DNA from: Candidatus Woesearchaeota archaeon
GTDB taxonomy: Archaea; Nanobdellota; Nanobdellia; Pacearchaeales; GW2011-AR1
Direction of reading: 5' to 3'
DNA length: 64,000 nucleotides
NCBI GenBank assembly: GCA_964410025.1
Contig: CAYPFA010000001.1
Location: 31,401-95,400, forward strand
This document shows, one piece after another, positions 51,732 through 60,893 of the stretch; position 1 is the first letter of the stretch, and each line of letters begins with the position of its first letter. A program made the position numbers and the translations under genes. The notes beneath the pieces are model-generated. The model saw only the letters and a program-made list of their open reading frames with translations. It was not told the DNA's origin and did not search any database.

Positions 51732-53327
51732 TTATTTCTTTTCTTCCTCAAGCTGCTTAATTTTTTTCTTCAGCTCCACCATCTTCAATTCTCTATCGAT
51801 GGCGATATTATTGAATCTCTCTAATTCTGATGCTCTTTCCTCCAACTCTCGAGATTTTACACTTCTCTCAGTTATATCTTGCATAATAGCGAATATTTTA
51901 TTTGGATGATTTTTTATTAAAGTTGCGCTAATTTCAATATCAATTACAGAACCATTTTTATTTTTAATCTGTGTTTCAAATTTAATAGATCCCCTCTCTC
52001 CTATTTTTTTAATATTAGCCTTTAACTCTTCTTTACTCAATTTTATATCACAATCTCCCAAACGCATCTTAAGTAATTGCTCTCGGGAATATCCTGTAAT
52101 ATTACAATAAGCATCATTCACCTCTTGAATATTGCCCTCACCATCTGAGACAATAAATCCATTAGTCATTGTTCTAATAAGCGTGTTATATTCTGTCTGC
52201 GTTTTTTTCTTTTCAGTAATATCTTCAGAAATTCCCATCAAATATTTTAACTTACCATCTTCCATAATTGGAATTTTTTTAGTGTGCAGCAACCTTTTAC
52301 CGCCCTTAGTATCTATTGGCTCCTCTGGAATATCCAATAATTTTCCACTTTTTAAAACCGCACGATCTTTCTGTGTAAAAAAATCTGCCTGCTTTTTTGG
52401 AAAGAAATCATAATCTGATTTCCCAAACAACTGTTCCTGTTTTTGTCCCAATAACATTTCTCCTGCTTTATTAAATAATTCAAATTTCAAATCTTTAGCA
52501 TCCTTAACAAAAATCATATCCGGAACATTTTCAAGAACAGAACTTAAGAAAGTAGTTTGTTTTTGCAATTCTGCAGTTCTTTCAATAACAATTTTATCCA
52601 CATTTTCTTTTGCTTTTCTCAATTCTTCTTCTGTTTTCTTTTTTTCAGTAATATCGTGCATAATACCGATGGCATAAAGTAATTTACCTCTAGAATCAAG
52701 TATAGAATCTGCCCTTTCCCATAAAGAAAACAATTCCCCCTTAGAATTAAATGCATTCAATATGCCTTCCCAGCTCTTACCTTTATTAAGCAATGGAACA
52801 ACTTGGCTATTTAATATCTTGACTGATTCTGGCGGGTAAAAATCTCTATAATTTATCTTTCTAAATTCTTCAAGTGTTTTTCCAAAAAGCTTTTCATGAG
52901 CCTTATTAATATCAATAATTTTACCGTCTGAATCGCTAATTGCAAAAGCTTCACTTGAAAAATCAAATACCTTCTTGTAAATATTTAATTTATCTTCGAG
53001 TTCTCTCAAATGGATAACTACTTTTTCTTTTTCCCTATTCGCAATTTCTAATTCATCTGCTCGCTTTTGTTTTTCGCTATTTTCAAAAACAAGTTTTCTA
53101 TTGGCAATAACCAGTTCAGCAACTCGTTTAGCTTTTTCTGCTACAGCAATTTCTAATTCATGTGCTCGCTTTTGTTTTTCACTATTTTCAAAAACAAGTT
53201 TTCTATTGGCAATAACCAGTTCAGCAACTCGTTTAGCTTTTTCTTTATTTTCAAAAACAAGTTTCTTATTAGCAATAATAAATTTGTCAGCTAGTATCGC
53301 TTTTTCCTTCAACTCTCTTTCATCCAT
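51732..53327 (-). CDS. multi-PAS sensor protein without a kinase domain, with N-terminal 22-aa repeats
   Basis: N-terminal repeats of IANRKLVFENSEKQKRAxELE, then three PAS-like modules each followed by DITE[RK]K, and a C-terminal coiled coil. It has no HisKA/HATPase motifs. Confidence 0.75.
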   Translation of the reverse strand: MDERELKEKAILADKFIIANKKLVFENKEKAKRVAELVIANRKLVFENSEKQKRAHELEIAVAEKAKRVAELVIANRKLVFENSEKQKRADELEIANREKEKVVIHLRELEDKLNIYKKVFDFSSEAFAISDSDGKIIDINKAHEKLFGKTLEEFRKINYRDFYPPESVKILNSQVVPLLNKGKSWEGILNAFNSKGELFSLWERADSILDSRGKLLYAIGIMHDITEKKKTEEELRKAKENVDKIVIERTAELQKQTTFLSSVLENVPDMIFVKDAKDLKFELFNKAGEMLLGQKQEQLFGKSDYDFFPKKQADFFTQKDRAVLKSGKLLDIPEEPIDTKGGKRLLHTKKIPIMEDGKLKYLMGISEDITEKKKTQTEYNTLIRTMTNGFIVSDGEGNIQEVNDAYCNITGYSREQLLKMRLGDCDIKLSKEELKANIKKIGERGSIKFETQIKNKNGSVIDIEISATLIKNHPNKIFAIMQDITERSVKSRELEERASELERFNNIAIDRELKMVELKKKIKQLEEEKK

Positions 53328-53462
53328 CTTTTTTACCTCTCATTATATAATCTAGCACATATTTAAATTTATTTAAACTAACTTTTATAGAAAAAATATT
53401 ACCTAGTTTTTTTACCATATTAGATTATAAAGAAAAACAAACCAGTTATTTTTCACCTTAAC

Positions 53463-53837
53463 TTACTTCAAAGCATTCTTAATCTTCTTCAGTATTTTCG
53501 GAGCAGAAAGTGTCTTGTCTATAAATGCAGTAAGTTTAAGTTTACCAATTACTTTTTCTCCAACTTTAGCCAATGAAACTACAGACAAGAAGGCAACATT
53601 TTGTTTTTTCAATTTAGAATCAGCTCTAATCTTTTCCAACACTTCTCTTCCAGACATTTCCGGCATCATAACATCCAGAAGAACCAAATCAAATTTTTCT
53701 TTTTTAAGAAGATTCAAAGCATCCTTACCACTAACAACAGTATTAACAACATAGCCACTATTTTCAAGAAGCATCTTCATAGAAATTAATGTGTCTTGCT
53801 CATCATCCACAACTAAAATTTTTTTTGCACCAACCAT
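53463..53837 (-). CDS. response regulator receiver (stand-alone)
   Basis: ILVVDDE, DLVLLDVMMPEMSG. Confidence 0.8.
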   Translation of the reverse strand: MVGAKKILVVDDEQDTLISMKMLLENSGYVVNTVVSGKDALNLLKKEKFDLVLLDVMMPEMSGREVLEKIRADSKLKKQNVAFLSVVSLAKVGEKVIGKLKLTAFIDKTLSAPKILKKIKNALK

Positions 53838-53840
53838 CTT

Positions 53841-56045
53841 TTATACTTTTCCTAATTCCTCCGTCTTTTTAAACTTTGCCTTTAATGGAAGAGTAAAATA
53901 AAATTTGCTACCCTTTCCAAATTCAGATTCAACCCATATTTTTCCACCATGTGCTTCAACTATGTGCTGACAAATATTTAATCCTAGCCCCATGCCACCC
54001 TGCGCTCGACTAATGACCGACTCTACCTGGAAAAACGGTTTAAACAAATGATCTATTGATAGAGCAGAAATACCTTTTCCCGTATCCTGAACCTCAACTA
54101 AAATTTCATCGTCACGTTTTTTAGCACGAATAACTATCTCTCCCTTCTTTGTAAATTTAATTGCATTATCCACCAAATTAGTAATAACCTCTAATATTCT
54201 TCTTTCATCACCTGCAACTTCCAAATTCTCTCCATCTTTATAAAACAACTTAACTCCCGAAGAAATAGACAATTTTTCAAAATTATCCACCACTTGTTTT
54301 ATACAATTTGACACATTAACTTTAGATATTTCTAATTTAAAATTACCCGACTCCATTACTGAAATTTCTAATAAATCCATTATCATAGCCTTTAATCTTT
54401 CCGTATTACGTAAGACAATCTCAAAACTCTCCCGCTGTTTATCATTCAAATTTCCACGACTACCGTCTATAAGCATCTGTAATTGAAGCATAGTGGGGGC
54501 AAACGGAGTTTTTAATTCGTGAGAAGTTAATACTAAAAAATTATTTCTAAAAGCCTCAGCCTCTTTTACGTGTTTAAGTGCGTCAGCTAATTCTCTTGTC
54601 CTCTCCTCAACTTGTTTTTCAACATTTTCCTTTGCTTTTCGCAATTCATCTTCTGTTTTCTTTCTTTCAGTAATATCTTGAATTGAACCAAACATCTTAA
54701 TTGGACTTTTGCCACCATTAAACTCTAATTTGCCAATACCATGAACCCAATGAGTAGTTTTATCTGACTTACGGACAATTCTATATTCCTTATTAAAATT
54801 TTTATGTTTTTGTAAAACTTCTATATTAAAATAAGAATTCATCATTTCCCTATCTTCCGGATGAATTAAATTAATCCAACCCTCTATAGAACGAACGTAT
54901 CTGGAATCAATTCCAAAAACACTGTCCATTTCAGAAGTGCTACTCCAAAGACCAGTTTTTATATCTAGGACATAACTTCCAAGATGCGCTAGTTTTTCAG
55001 CTCCCTCTAAAATATTATTTTTATTTTTTATAATCTCCTCTGCCTTCCTTCTATTAGTAATATCTCTAGACAGTGTAAGAATTACGGCAGATTTCCCGGA
55101 GTTAAAAAGTGCAGCGTTAATTTCCATGGGAATAATTTTGCCCTGTCTAGTTACATAATCAATCTCTAAATTCCTAATAGGCCTATGCTCAAAACACTTT
55201 TTCATTTCCGCTCTACTTCTTTTCAAATCATACTCTGCAATCAATTCGCTCATATTTCTACCGACTATTTGCCGTAAATTATCATGCCCTGTTAATTTAA
55301 GATACACATGATTTGCATCTAAAACATTTCCCTTTGCATCAATGGTCACATAGCCCATTTCAGTTGTATCAATCAAAGTCTCATATTTTGCAACACTCGT
55401 CTGCAATTCCTCCCACATTTTTTTAAGCTCACTAAAATCCTCTTCCGATTTTGCAACCTCTACAATTTCTCCCGCTTCAAAAATAGGAGAATAGGTGATA
55501 TTTACGAATACTTTCTCACCACCCTTATTTACTCTAACTTGTTTAGAGAAAAAAGTAGGTTTGCCTTCCATAATTGACTTGATATTTCTTTCTGCTTCAG
55601 CCCTGTTTTCCTTAGCAATTATTTTTGTAATATTCTTACCCAGCATTTCCTTTTCCGTAAATCCATAAATCAGCTCAGCCCCGGGATTCCATGCCCTAAT
55701 AATTCCATTAAAATCTTGAATGGTAATCGCCTCTTTAGAATCTATTACAACTGTTTTATAATATTTTAACTTATCTTCGAGTTCTCTCAAATGGATAACT
55801 ACTTTTTCTTTTTCCCTATTCGCAATTTCTAATTCATCTGCTCGCTTTTGTTTTTCGCTATTTTCAAAAACAAGTTTTCTATTGGCAATAACCAGTTCAG
55901 CAGCTCGTTTAGCTTTTTCTGCTACAGCAATTTCTAATTCATCTGCTCGCTTTTGTTTTTCGCTATTTTCAAAAACAAGTTTTCTATTAGCAATAATAAA
56001 TTTGTCAGCTAGTATCGCTTTTTCCTTCAACTCTCTTTCATCCAT
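53841..56045 (-). CDS. PAS-domain sensor histidine kinase
   Basis: Same N-terminal 22-aa repeats and several PAS modules. The H box is LTSHELKTPF and the HATPase motifs are DNAIKFT, DTGKGI and GMGLGLNI. Confidence 0.85.
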   Translation of the reverse strand: MDERELKEKAILADKFIIANRKLVFENSEKQKRADELEIAVAEKAKRAAELVIANRKLVFENSEKQKRADELEIANREKEKVVIHLRELEDKLKYYKTVVIDSKEAITIQDFNGIIRAWNPGAELIYGFTEKEMLGKNITKIIAKENRAEAERNIKSIMEGKPTFFSKQVRVNKGGEKVFVNITYSPIFEAGEIVEVAKSEEDFSELKKMWEELQTSVAKYETLIDTTEMGYVTIDAKGNVLDANHVYLKLTGHDNLRQIVGRNMSELIAEYDLKRSRAEMKKCFEHRPIRNLEIDYVTRQGKIIPMEINAALFNSGKSAVILTLSRDITNRRKAEEIIKNKNNILEGAEKLAHLGSYVLDIKTGLWSSTSEMDSVFGIDSRYVRSIEGWINLIHPEDREMMNSYFNIEVLQKHKNFNKEYRIVRKSDKTTHWVHGIGKLEFNGGKSPIKMFGSIQDITERKKTEDELRKAKENVEKQVEERTRELADALKHVKEAEAFRNNFLVLTSHELKTPFAPTMLQLQMLIDGSRGNLNDKQRESFEIVLRNTERLKAMIMDLLEISVMESGNFKLEISKVNVSNCIKQVVDNFEKLSISSGVKLFYKDGENLEVAGDERRILEVITNLVDNAIKFTKKGEIVIRAKKRDDEILVEVQDTGKGISALSIDHLFKPFFQVESVISRAQGGMGLGLNICQHIVEAHGGKIWVESEFGKGSKFYFTLPLKAKFKKTEELGKV

Positions 56046-56086
56046 CTTTTTTACCTCTCATTATATAACAAATATTCTATTTAAAT

Positions 56087-58087
56087 TTATTTATTACCTG
56101 AAAAATGCCATTTTCTAGGTATAGTAAAATAAAAAGTTGATCCCATTCCGACAGCACTCTCAACACCAATTCTTCCTTTATGCGATTCCACAATTCCCTT
56201 ACAAATAGCCAAACCTAAACCAGTTCCTTTTTGATTTAATTTATATGAAGCAACCACCTGAGAAAAAGGCTGGAAAAGTGTTTTTATATGTTCTTGAGAA
56301 ATTCCAATACCTGTATCAATAACCTTAATAATAACATCGTCGGCATTTTCCTTTGCCTCCACCGTAATAAAACCACCCTCAGGAGTAAACTTTATAGCAT
56401 TACTTAACAAATTAGACACCACTTGCCCAATTCTTCTAACATCAATCAGCACCGAATGCAAATGTTGCAATTTAAGATCAATCTTAATATTTTTTTGCTT
56501 TGCCAATGGCTCAATACTTGAAACCATTTGCCTAATAATTTGAGCAACATCTGTCCTAAGTGGAAATATTTTTAAATTTGCCGTCTGAATAACCGAAACA
56601 TCCAAAACATCACCAATCAACTGATTAAGCGTTTTCATATTTCTAACAATCATATCCATACTCTTTTTTTGCCCTTCAGATAATTTCCCAAAATCTCCCT
56701 CTTGCATCATTTGAGCCTGAATTAAAATTGGCGTCAGTGGAGTTTTCAATTCATGAGAAGTAAAAGATAAGAATTCATTTTTCAATTTATCTAATCCCTT
56801 TAGTTGTTTATATGCTTCATTTAATTTTTCCTTCGACTCTTCCACGTCCTCAAGTATATTTAATGTTGCAGTCTTTGCCTGAGTAGCCTGAATATTTCTT
56901 CTTTCCAAGCTACGTTGAGATTCAGATAATTGACGCGTTCTATCTCTAACCTGCCCCTCAAGAGAATTTCTCAACGAACTCAACTCCAAACTCATCTGAT
57001 TAAAAATAATCGCCAAATCACCCAATTCGTCTTTAGTATAAACCTTTGCGTGAACACTTAATTCTCCACTTCCAATTCTTTTTGCGATTTTCCCCAATTC
57101 AGTTATTTGATATATGTAAGACTTAGTCACAAAAAATACAATCGTTAAAAAAACGATAGAAACAAGAACCACAAAAAAACTAGCCAACAAATCTAAATTC
57201 TTCACATAGATAGACAACTCTTTATTAGAAACATAGGTCGCTACAATTTTCCCGTCTGTTAAAACTAAATATCCCAAAACTCCATCACCCAACTGAAGCA
57301 CTCCATTCTCTCCAAGTTTTCCCTCTTGCCTTAAATTTTCCAATAAAGACAAATTAATATTTGTTTGAGGTTCAACAATAAAATCTCCATACTTATCCAT
57401 TAAAAAAGAATATCCTGTATTCAAAATTTTAGAAGAAAAAATAAATTTTCTAATATTATCCAAACTCATATCTATACCTGTAACACCTATAAATTTTCCG
57501 TCAGAAGTATAGGTAGGAACCACGTATGAAAACATAGTCACATTCGTTATTACGTCAGAATAGACCTCTGTCCACATTCCACTCTTCAATTCCCGAGGAC
57601 CATAATACCAAAACATCTGGGGATTTGAAGGATAAAAAACCCCCAATGGCTCATTCGCGACAGAAATTATCGAACCATTTTCAAAAACAAACCAATTCCC
57701 ATAATTCCCCTGAAACACATCCACATCATAATTATCATAAACAGCAATAGCCTGACCCGCATTCTGAGACAATTTTAATAATATTTCCTTTTCCACACCA
57801 GCCATAGAGTCCACCCTTTTCTGCAAATATGCTTTATCCACTACAGCTTTATTATAATCAAATTCGCTCGCCATTAAACTACCTATAGCTACTACGGCAG
57901 ACTCAATCATTTTATCCTGAGTAAACATTTTATTAGCAATATTTTCCGTTTGCACAACGACTAACTCCTGAACATGTGTCCTAGAAATATTTGATAAATA
58001 AAAATAAGAAGCAATATAATAAATAGTACTAATCAAAACAATAAGAACTACCAAAAACCAAAGAATTTTACGCCTTATGCTAGCCAT
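56087..58087 (-). CDS. membrane sensor histidine kinase (Cache-like ectodomain, HAMP, HisKA, HATPase)
   Basis: Two TM helices flank a roughly 280-aa ectodomain. The HAMP segment is IAKRIGSGELS...DELGDLAIIFNQM, the H box is FTSHELKTPL, and the HATPase motifs are SNAIKFT, DTGIGI and GTGLGLAI. Confidence 0.85.
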   Translation of the reverse strand: MASIRRKILWFLVVLIVLISTIYYIASYFYLSNISRTHVQELVVVQTENIANKMFTQDKMIESAVVAIGSLMASEFDYNKAVVDKAYLQKRVDSMAGVEKEILLKLSQNAGQAIAVYDNYDVDVFQGNYGNWFVFENGSIISVANEPLGVFYPSNPQMFWYYGPRELKSGMWTEVYSDVITNVTMFSYVVPTYTSDGKFIGVTGIDMSLDNIRKFIFSSKILNTGYSFLMDKYGDFIVEPQTNINLSLLENLRQEGKLGENGVLQLGDGVLGYLVLTDGKIVATYVSNKELSIYVKNLDLLASFFVVLVSIVFLTIVFFVTKSYIYQITELGKIAKRIGSGELSVHAKVYTKDELGDLAIIFNQMSLELSSLRNSLEGQVRDRTRQLSESQRSLERRNIQATQAKTATLNILEDVEESKEKLNEAYKQLKGLDKLKNEFLSFTSHELKTPLTPILIQAQMMQEGDFGKLSEGQKKSMDMIVRNMKTLNQLIGDVLDVSVIQTANLKIFPLRTDVAQIIRQMVSSIEPLAKQKNIKIDLKLQHLHSVLIDVRRIGQVVSNLLSNAIKFTPEGGFITVEAKENADDVIIKVIDTGIGISQEHIKTLFQPFSQVVASYKLNQKGTGLGLAICKGIVESHKGRIGVESAVGMGSTFYFTIPRKWHFSGNK

Positions 58088-58303
58088 ACTCTTTACCCTC
58101 TTTAATTTTATTTCCCCTCAATTCAATCATCTTCCTCTTCCTTTATGATTGTTCCTAGAATGTTAAACTAATTCTCAACACCCCATCGAAACACCTTATA
58201 ATCGATAGAAAACCTAATATATAAAGATTTCACTTACACAAATAACAAAACTACTCAGAATATCTAACTCTTAGAATTAAATAGATAATAAAATATTAGA
58301 AAC

Positions 58304-58489
58304 TTACTCCTCAATACTTATCGCGCCCACAGGACACGAATCAGCAGCTTCTTTTTCACAAGTTATTTTGTCAACTTTTGCCTTCTTAGCAACAGACTTT
58401 CCGTCTTTCATTTCAAAAGAACCAGGACAAATAGAAACACAGGCTCCGCATCCAATACAAAGTTTCTTATCAACACTTATTTTTGCCAT
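58304..58489 (-). CDS. small ferredoxin
   Basis: 61 aa with CIGCGACVSICP plus distal C..C..CP cysteines. Confidence 0.8.
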   Translation of the reverse strand: MAKISVDKKLCIGCGACVSICPGSFEMKDGKSVAKKAKVDKITCEKEAADSCPVGAISIEE

Positions 58490-58563
58490 TTTTATTTTTA
58501 CCTCTAAAAAAGAAATAAGAAGTAGAGTTTATAAATATTATTAAAAATAAATATAAAATCGCA

Positions 58564-58593
58564 CGGGTGGTCGGCGGGCGGGAATACGTCGTT
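58564..58593 (+). repeat. GC-rich box copy 2 (CGGGTGG-TCGGCGG-GCGGGAATACGTCGTT)
   Basis: Matches 47594-47616 apart from a 7-nt insertion and two transitions. It abuts the stop codon of the 58593 gene and lies about 76 nt upstream of the ferredoxin start on the minus strand. Confidence 0.6.
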
Positions 58594-59102
58594 TAACCTT
58601 TCATCCCTTTCTGTATCTGCTCAACTATTTGTTCCCTCGTCTTCCCTTCTACGTCCACCACAAAACTCGAATCAAACTGTCTGACCAAAGCATAAACTTC
58701 CTGCACGTCCTTATCTTTCAAAATTCCGCCTCGTTTTCTATTCCTATTTATACAAGTCTCCACTTTCGCCTTCAATGTCACAACAAACATCTTCTCGTGC
58801 TTCAAATTCTTCGCAAAAAAATCAATTTGTTCCTTATAATAAAAATTCCCATCAACAATTACACTCTGCCTTTCCAAAAACTTTCTTATATCTTCTAAAA
58901 CATCTTCTTCAACTGCTAGAAAATTAGCAACAGGAATACATCCACTCTTCGGATCAACCCTATCTAACTTCGCATCTTCCAGAAGTTTATCTATAGAAAC
59001 AACTTTCGCACCAATTCTCTCTGCAAAAATCTTACTAATCGTAGTTTTCCCAATTCCCAGTGGTCCACGAATAATAATTAAAGTATTTACCATAAACAAC
59101 AA
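58593..59102 (-). CDS. P-loop kinase-like ATPase
   Basis: IIIRGPLGIGKTTIS Walker A. The size and layout resemble small-molecule or nucleotide kinases. Confidence 0.55.
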   Translation of the reverse strand: MLFMVNTLIIIRGPLGIGKTTISKIFAERIGAKVVSIDKLLEDAKLDRVDPKSGCIPVANFLAVEEDVLEDIRKFLERQSVIVDGNFYYKEQIDFFAKNLKHEKMFVVTLKAKVETCINRNRKRGGILKDKDVQEVYALVRQFDSSFVVDVEGKTREQIVEQIQKGMKG

Positions 59103-59131
59103 GAGAATTAGATGTTTTTAAGAGTATGGGA

Positions 59132-59584
59132 TTATTTCTTCAATCTCTTACTTAAATGAAACCCTTCTTCTAACTCGAAACCATTTTTCTTCCAAAAAGC
59201 TTGTGCATTTTTATTAGCAGCATGTGAAAAAGAAGCAATTCTTGTGCACTTATTTTTCTTAAACAATTTCAAAACATGTTGAACAAGAATTTTTCCGATA
59301 CCTTTTCCCCTAGCATCTTCTTTAACAAATAAGGTATGAATTACGCCCGTATGCTCTTTACCCTGCAAACGAAAATTAATATCTATAAATCCCAAAGGAA
59401 TACCCTTTTCTTCTGCAATAAAATATAAAGTCCCAAGCCTCATGAATTTTTTATTCACTTTTTTTAATTCTGCAATTTTCGAAACTCCCAGCCTTTTATC
59501 TAAAGAATTTTCATATAAACCATACCCTTGATCAAATTTAGCAATAATATTCAAATCTTTTTCCGTTGCCTTTCTAATTTTCAT
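59132..59584 (-). CDS. GNAT family N-acetyltransferase
   Basis: DARGKGIGKIL acetyl-CoA-binding motif. Confidence 0.75.
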   Translation of the reverse strand: MKIRKATEKDLNIIAKFDQGYGLYENSLDKRLGVSKIAELKKVNKKFMRLGTLYFIAEEKGIPLGFIDINFRLQGKEHTGVIHTLFVKEDARGKGIGKILVQHVLKLFKKNKCTRIASFSHAANKNAQAFWKKNGFELEEGFHLSKRLKK

Positions 59585-60384
59585 ATCCCTTCCTCAAAAA
59601 CATCCTTCGTCTTCTGATAAAATATCCCCAAAGGAATCTTCGTATCAGCTTTTATCCCATTATAATCAAACTCTTCAGCTTTTCTCATCGCTTCTTCAAA
59701 ATTAGTTTTATCATGTCCTTTTTCCTGCAAATTATATGTTTTTTCTTTATATCCTGCATCGTTATGGAAAATAATACATGGCTGTATAACTTCAATAAAA
59801 CAAAATCCTTTATGCTTCTGCGCTTCTTCCAAAACATTCGCAACTTGATTCACATCTGCAAAAACTCTCGCAACAAAACTCGCCCCAGCACCCAGCATCA
59901 ACTTAATTGAATTAATTGGCTGCAATTTCACACCAACCGGATTTGTCTTATCCTTATACCCCTTCTCAGTCGCAGGAGACGGCTCAGCAATTGTCAAAGC
60001 AAAAACCTGATTATTATGAACTAAATATTTTATATTCGAATTATATCTAGCCATATGTATCAAATGCTCCATTCCCTCAGCATACGCATCACCATCACCA
60101 GAAAAACCAAGCACATTCAATTTAGGATTTCCAATTTTCATTCCTAACGCAACAGGCAAAACTCTTCCATGAAGAGAATTAACTCCCTGTAAATTCAAAT
60201 AATCAAATATTTTTCCAGCACATCCAATCCCAGAAACAACTGCAAAATCCTCTTTCTTTTTACCAGAAGCAATTTGCTTTTCTAAAAATCTCTGCACACC
60301 TGCAAGTATCATAAAATTAAAACAACCTGGGCACCATGTCGGGACAGCTGAAGTTCTAATATTTTTATTTACCATCACAACCAC
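59581..60384 (-). CDS. 2-oxoacid:ferredoxin oxidoreductase, beta (TPP-binding) subunit
   Basis: WCPGCFNF, SGIGCAG, HGRVLPVALG, GDGDAYAEG. Confidence 0.85.
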   Translation of the reverse strand: MVVMVNKNIRTSAVPTWCPGCFNFMILAGVQRFLEKQIASGKKKEDFAVVSGIGCAGKIFDYLNLQGVNSLHGRVLPVALGMKIGNPKLNVLGFSGDGDAYAEGMEHLIHMARYNSNIKYLVHNNQVFALTIAEPSPATEKGYKDKTNPVGVKLQPINSIKLMLGAGASFVARVFADVNQVANVLEEAQKHKGFCFIEVIQPCIIFHNDAGYKEKTYNLQEKGHDKTNFEEAMRKAEEFDYNGIKADTKIPLGIFYQKTKDVFEEGI

Positions 60385-60893
60385 CTCCCAACAATATAAG
60401 TATCAACATATCTTCCATCGTCAGTTAGTAAAGCTTTCTTTTTTGTTCCTTCAATTTTAAAACCACATTTCTTAGCAAGCTTCCAAGAACCAACATTTTC
60501 AATTGCGCACTCCGCCTCAGCTCGTTTAAATCCTTTTTTCTTTGCATAATCCAAAAGCGTCTTCAATAATTTCGTAGCAATTCCCTGCCCAGCATAATCC
60601 GGATGCACTCCCCATCCACAATCAACTCTGTGTCTCAATCTTCCACTTTTTTTAAATGAACCAAAAACAGAACCTACAACCTTTTTCGCCTTTTTATCAA
60701 TAGCAAGAAAAATAAAATGATCCTTTCCCAATTCTTCATATTGCTTTCTCATCTTCGCAATTTTTTCCTCATCAGGTATTTTATTACTACCATTATACAA
60801 CCAAAATTTCCTCTTCAATCCTTCAGATACCATCTCTGCCACAGAAACTTCATCTCCAGGTTTTGCTTTTCTAATAATTATATTTGAGCTCAT
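60375..60893 (-). CDS. GNAT family N-acetyltransferase inserted between the OFOR subunit genes
   Basis: YAGQGIATKLL motif. It overlaps both neighbours, by 10 nt and 4 nt. Confidence 0.75.
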   Translation of the reverse strand: MSSNIIIRKAKPGDEVSVAEMVSEGLKRKFWLYNGSNKIPDEEKIAKMRKQYEELGKDHFIFLAIDKKAKKVVGSVFGSFKKSGRLRHRVDCGWGVHPDYAGQGIATKLLKTLLDYAKKKGFKRAEAECAIENVGSWKLAKKCGFKIEGTKKKALLTDDGRYVDTYIVGRWL

